Source: the human T2T-CHM13v2.0 reference genome, Homo sapiens
Strand: one strand, 5' to 3'
DNA: 64,000 bases
Assembly: GCF_009914755.1 (NCBI RefSeq)
Contig: NC_060926.1
A program made the translations under genes and the position numbers. This document shows positions 62,769-64,000 of the stretch, one piece after another (the stretch's first letter is position 1; the number at the start of each line of letters is the position of its first letter). The notes below the pieces were generated by a model, which was not told the origin of the DNA, searched no databases, and was given only the letters and a program-made list of their open reading frames with translations.

Positions 62769-63355
62769 GTTCTCAAATGTAGAAGTAATGGGGACCCTTT
62801 ATTAACTGGATTTTCTCTATATATATATACATAATACATTTTAATTCTTGAAGGCCCAGTTTTAACTTGTTGGGCCATATTAACTATTTTAACTGGGGGT
62901 TCACAGTGTCACATTTTATCAAGGCAGTTTGTAACCACTATAAACTTATTTTAATTTTAATTTATCAGAGTATATATGCCCAATATAAACAGCAATGGAT
63001 ACTCTGACTATGGGAAATTTAGGCAAGGCTATAGTTAAAGTGAGACATACCCATTTTTTTCTTTATATTATATTTAGTTACCTTCTCAAGATCATAGGGA
63101 AGCACAGTGTTTAAATTTCATGTGATTCCCATGAATGACTATAATTTGAGCCCAGTGTTGATTAAATCCATGAAGTTTTGTCAACTGGTGTATTGTAACA
63201 AATGCTAAAGTTAAGTTAAAACCTGTGTTGTAGAAGCACAAAAGCCAACCAGACCTTTTAAAATCTTTTTGTTATATAAATTCTTTAGTATATAAGTTTT
63301 GGATTTCTAATTGGGTCAAAATATGGAACTTTGTTTACATTTAGTTATATATTAT

Positions 63356-63394
<39 letters not shown>

Positions 63395-63402
63395 GATAGA
63401 TA
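63356..63402. repeat. (GATA)n microsatellite, followed by a CT-rich tract
   Basis: About 9 perfect GATA units plus gat-gata-gata. Confidence 0.95.
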
Positions 63403-63611
63403 TGAGGTATCTATTTATTATATTCCCTCCCTCCCTTCCTCCCTTCTTCCTTTCCTCTTTTCCTCTCTCCCATCCCTTCCTTCTTCCCTTCCTTGTAGTG
63501 CCTGAGCCTCCAATTGTTTTCCCTCATTGCCAGTGAAGTGCCTTCCTGATACTTGACACTTTAAAAGTTTGGTTGAAAACCTTACTTCTTAATGTAATAA
63601 AAACTAGAACT

Positions 63612-63760
63612 GGGCTGGGCGGCTTATGCTTGTAATCCCAGGGAATCAGAAGGCTGATATGGGAGGCTTGCTTGAGCCTAGGAATTGGAAGCTGCAGCAA
63701 GCTATGATCATGCCACTGCACTTCAGCCTGGGTGATAGAATGAGACCCCATCTCTTAAAA
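63612..63760 (+). mobile_element. Alu monomer (FLAM/FRAM-like)
   Basis: Single-arm diverged Alu followed by (CA)n. Confidence 0.8.
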
Positions 63761-64000
63761 TACACACACACACGCACAGGCTGTAACTATTTCTTCTAGT
63801 ATGTGATCACTTTGGTAGTAGTATAAATGCAATACTATAGATATATTATGGGGGTAAATAGATTTATGCAGGCTTGCTGGGGCTAACCACTATTTTTGAA
63901 CAAAAGTGTGATTTTGTCGGTTAAAAAAACTGGAGTTGGTAGTAGAGGAAAGCCAGTTATAATCTGCGGAAAATCAGCTGATGAAATTACTTCTGTTCTT

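Overview
This is primate, almost certainly human, genomic DNA. It holds the 3' part of the imprinted gene ZDBF2 on the + strand, followed by about 37 kb of repeat-dense intergenic sequence. Two coding exons are visible. One is a 128-nt exon (9161-9288) carrying the His half of the DBF4-type zinc finger. The other is a ~9.7-kb terminal exon (16632 to ~26350), spliced in frame to the first and holding nearly all of the CDS (stop at 23508). Almost every other ORF in the track is an Alu/L1/LTR artefact. The most notable observations are: (1) a tandemly duplicated 5'-half tRNA-Leu(TAG) retrocopy that ends exactly at the anticodon, ~400 nt upstream of the 128-nt exon; (2) a ~34-unit degenerate ~44-aa repeat array in ZDBF2, followed by a compact non-repeat module, an RVxF-like KKVTW motif and a strongly basic tail; (3) a ~630-bp inverted duplication (36424-37055 vs 42760-43743) that crosses an L1/MLT1 junction and brackets a deleted two-LTR ERVL-class provirus; (4) a second ERVL-class pol remnant. 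Repeat subfamily names were recognised by eye and boundaries are approximate. I see no convincing new multi-gene system.
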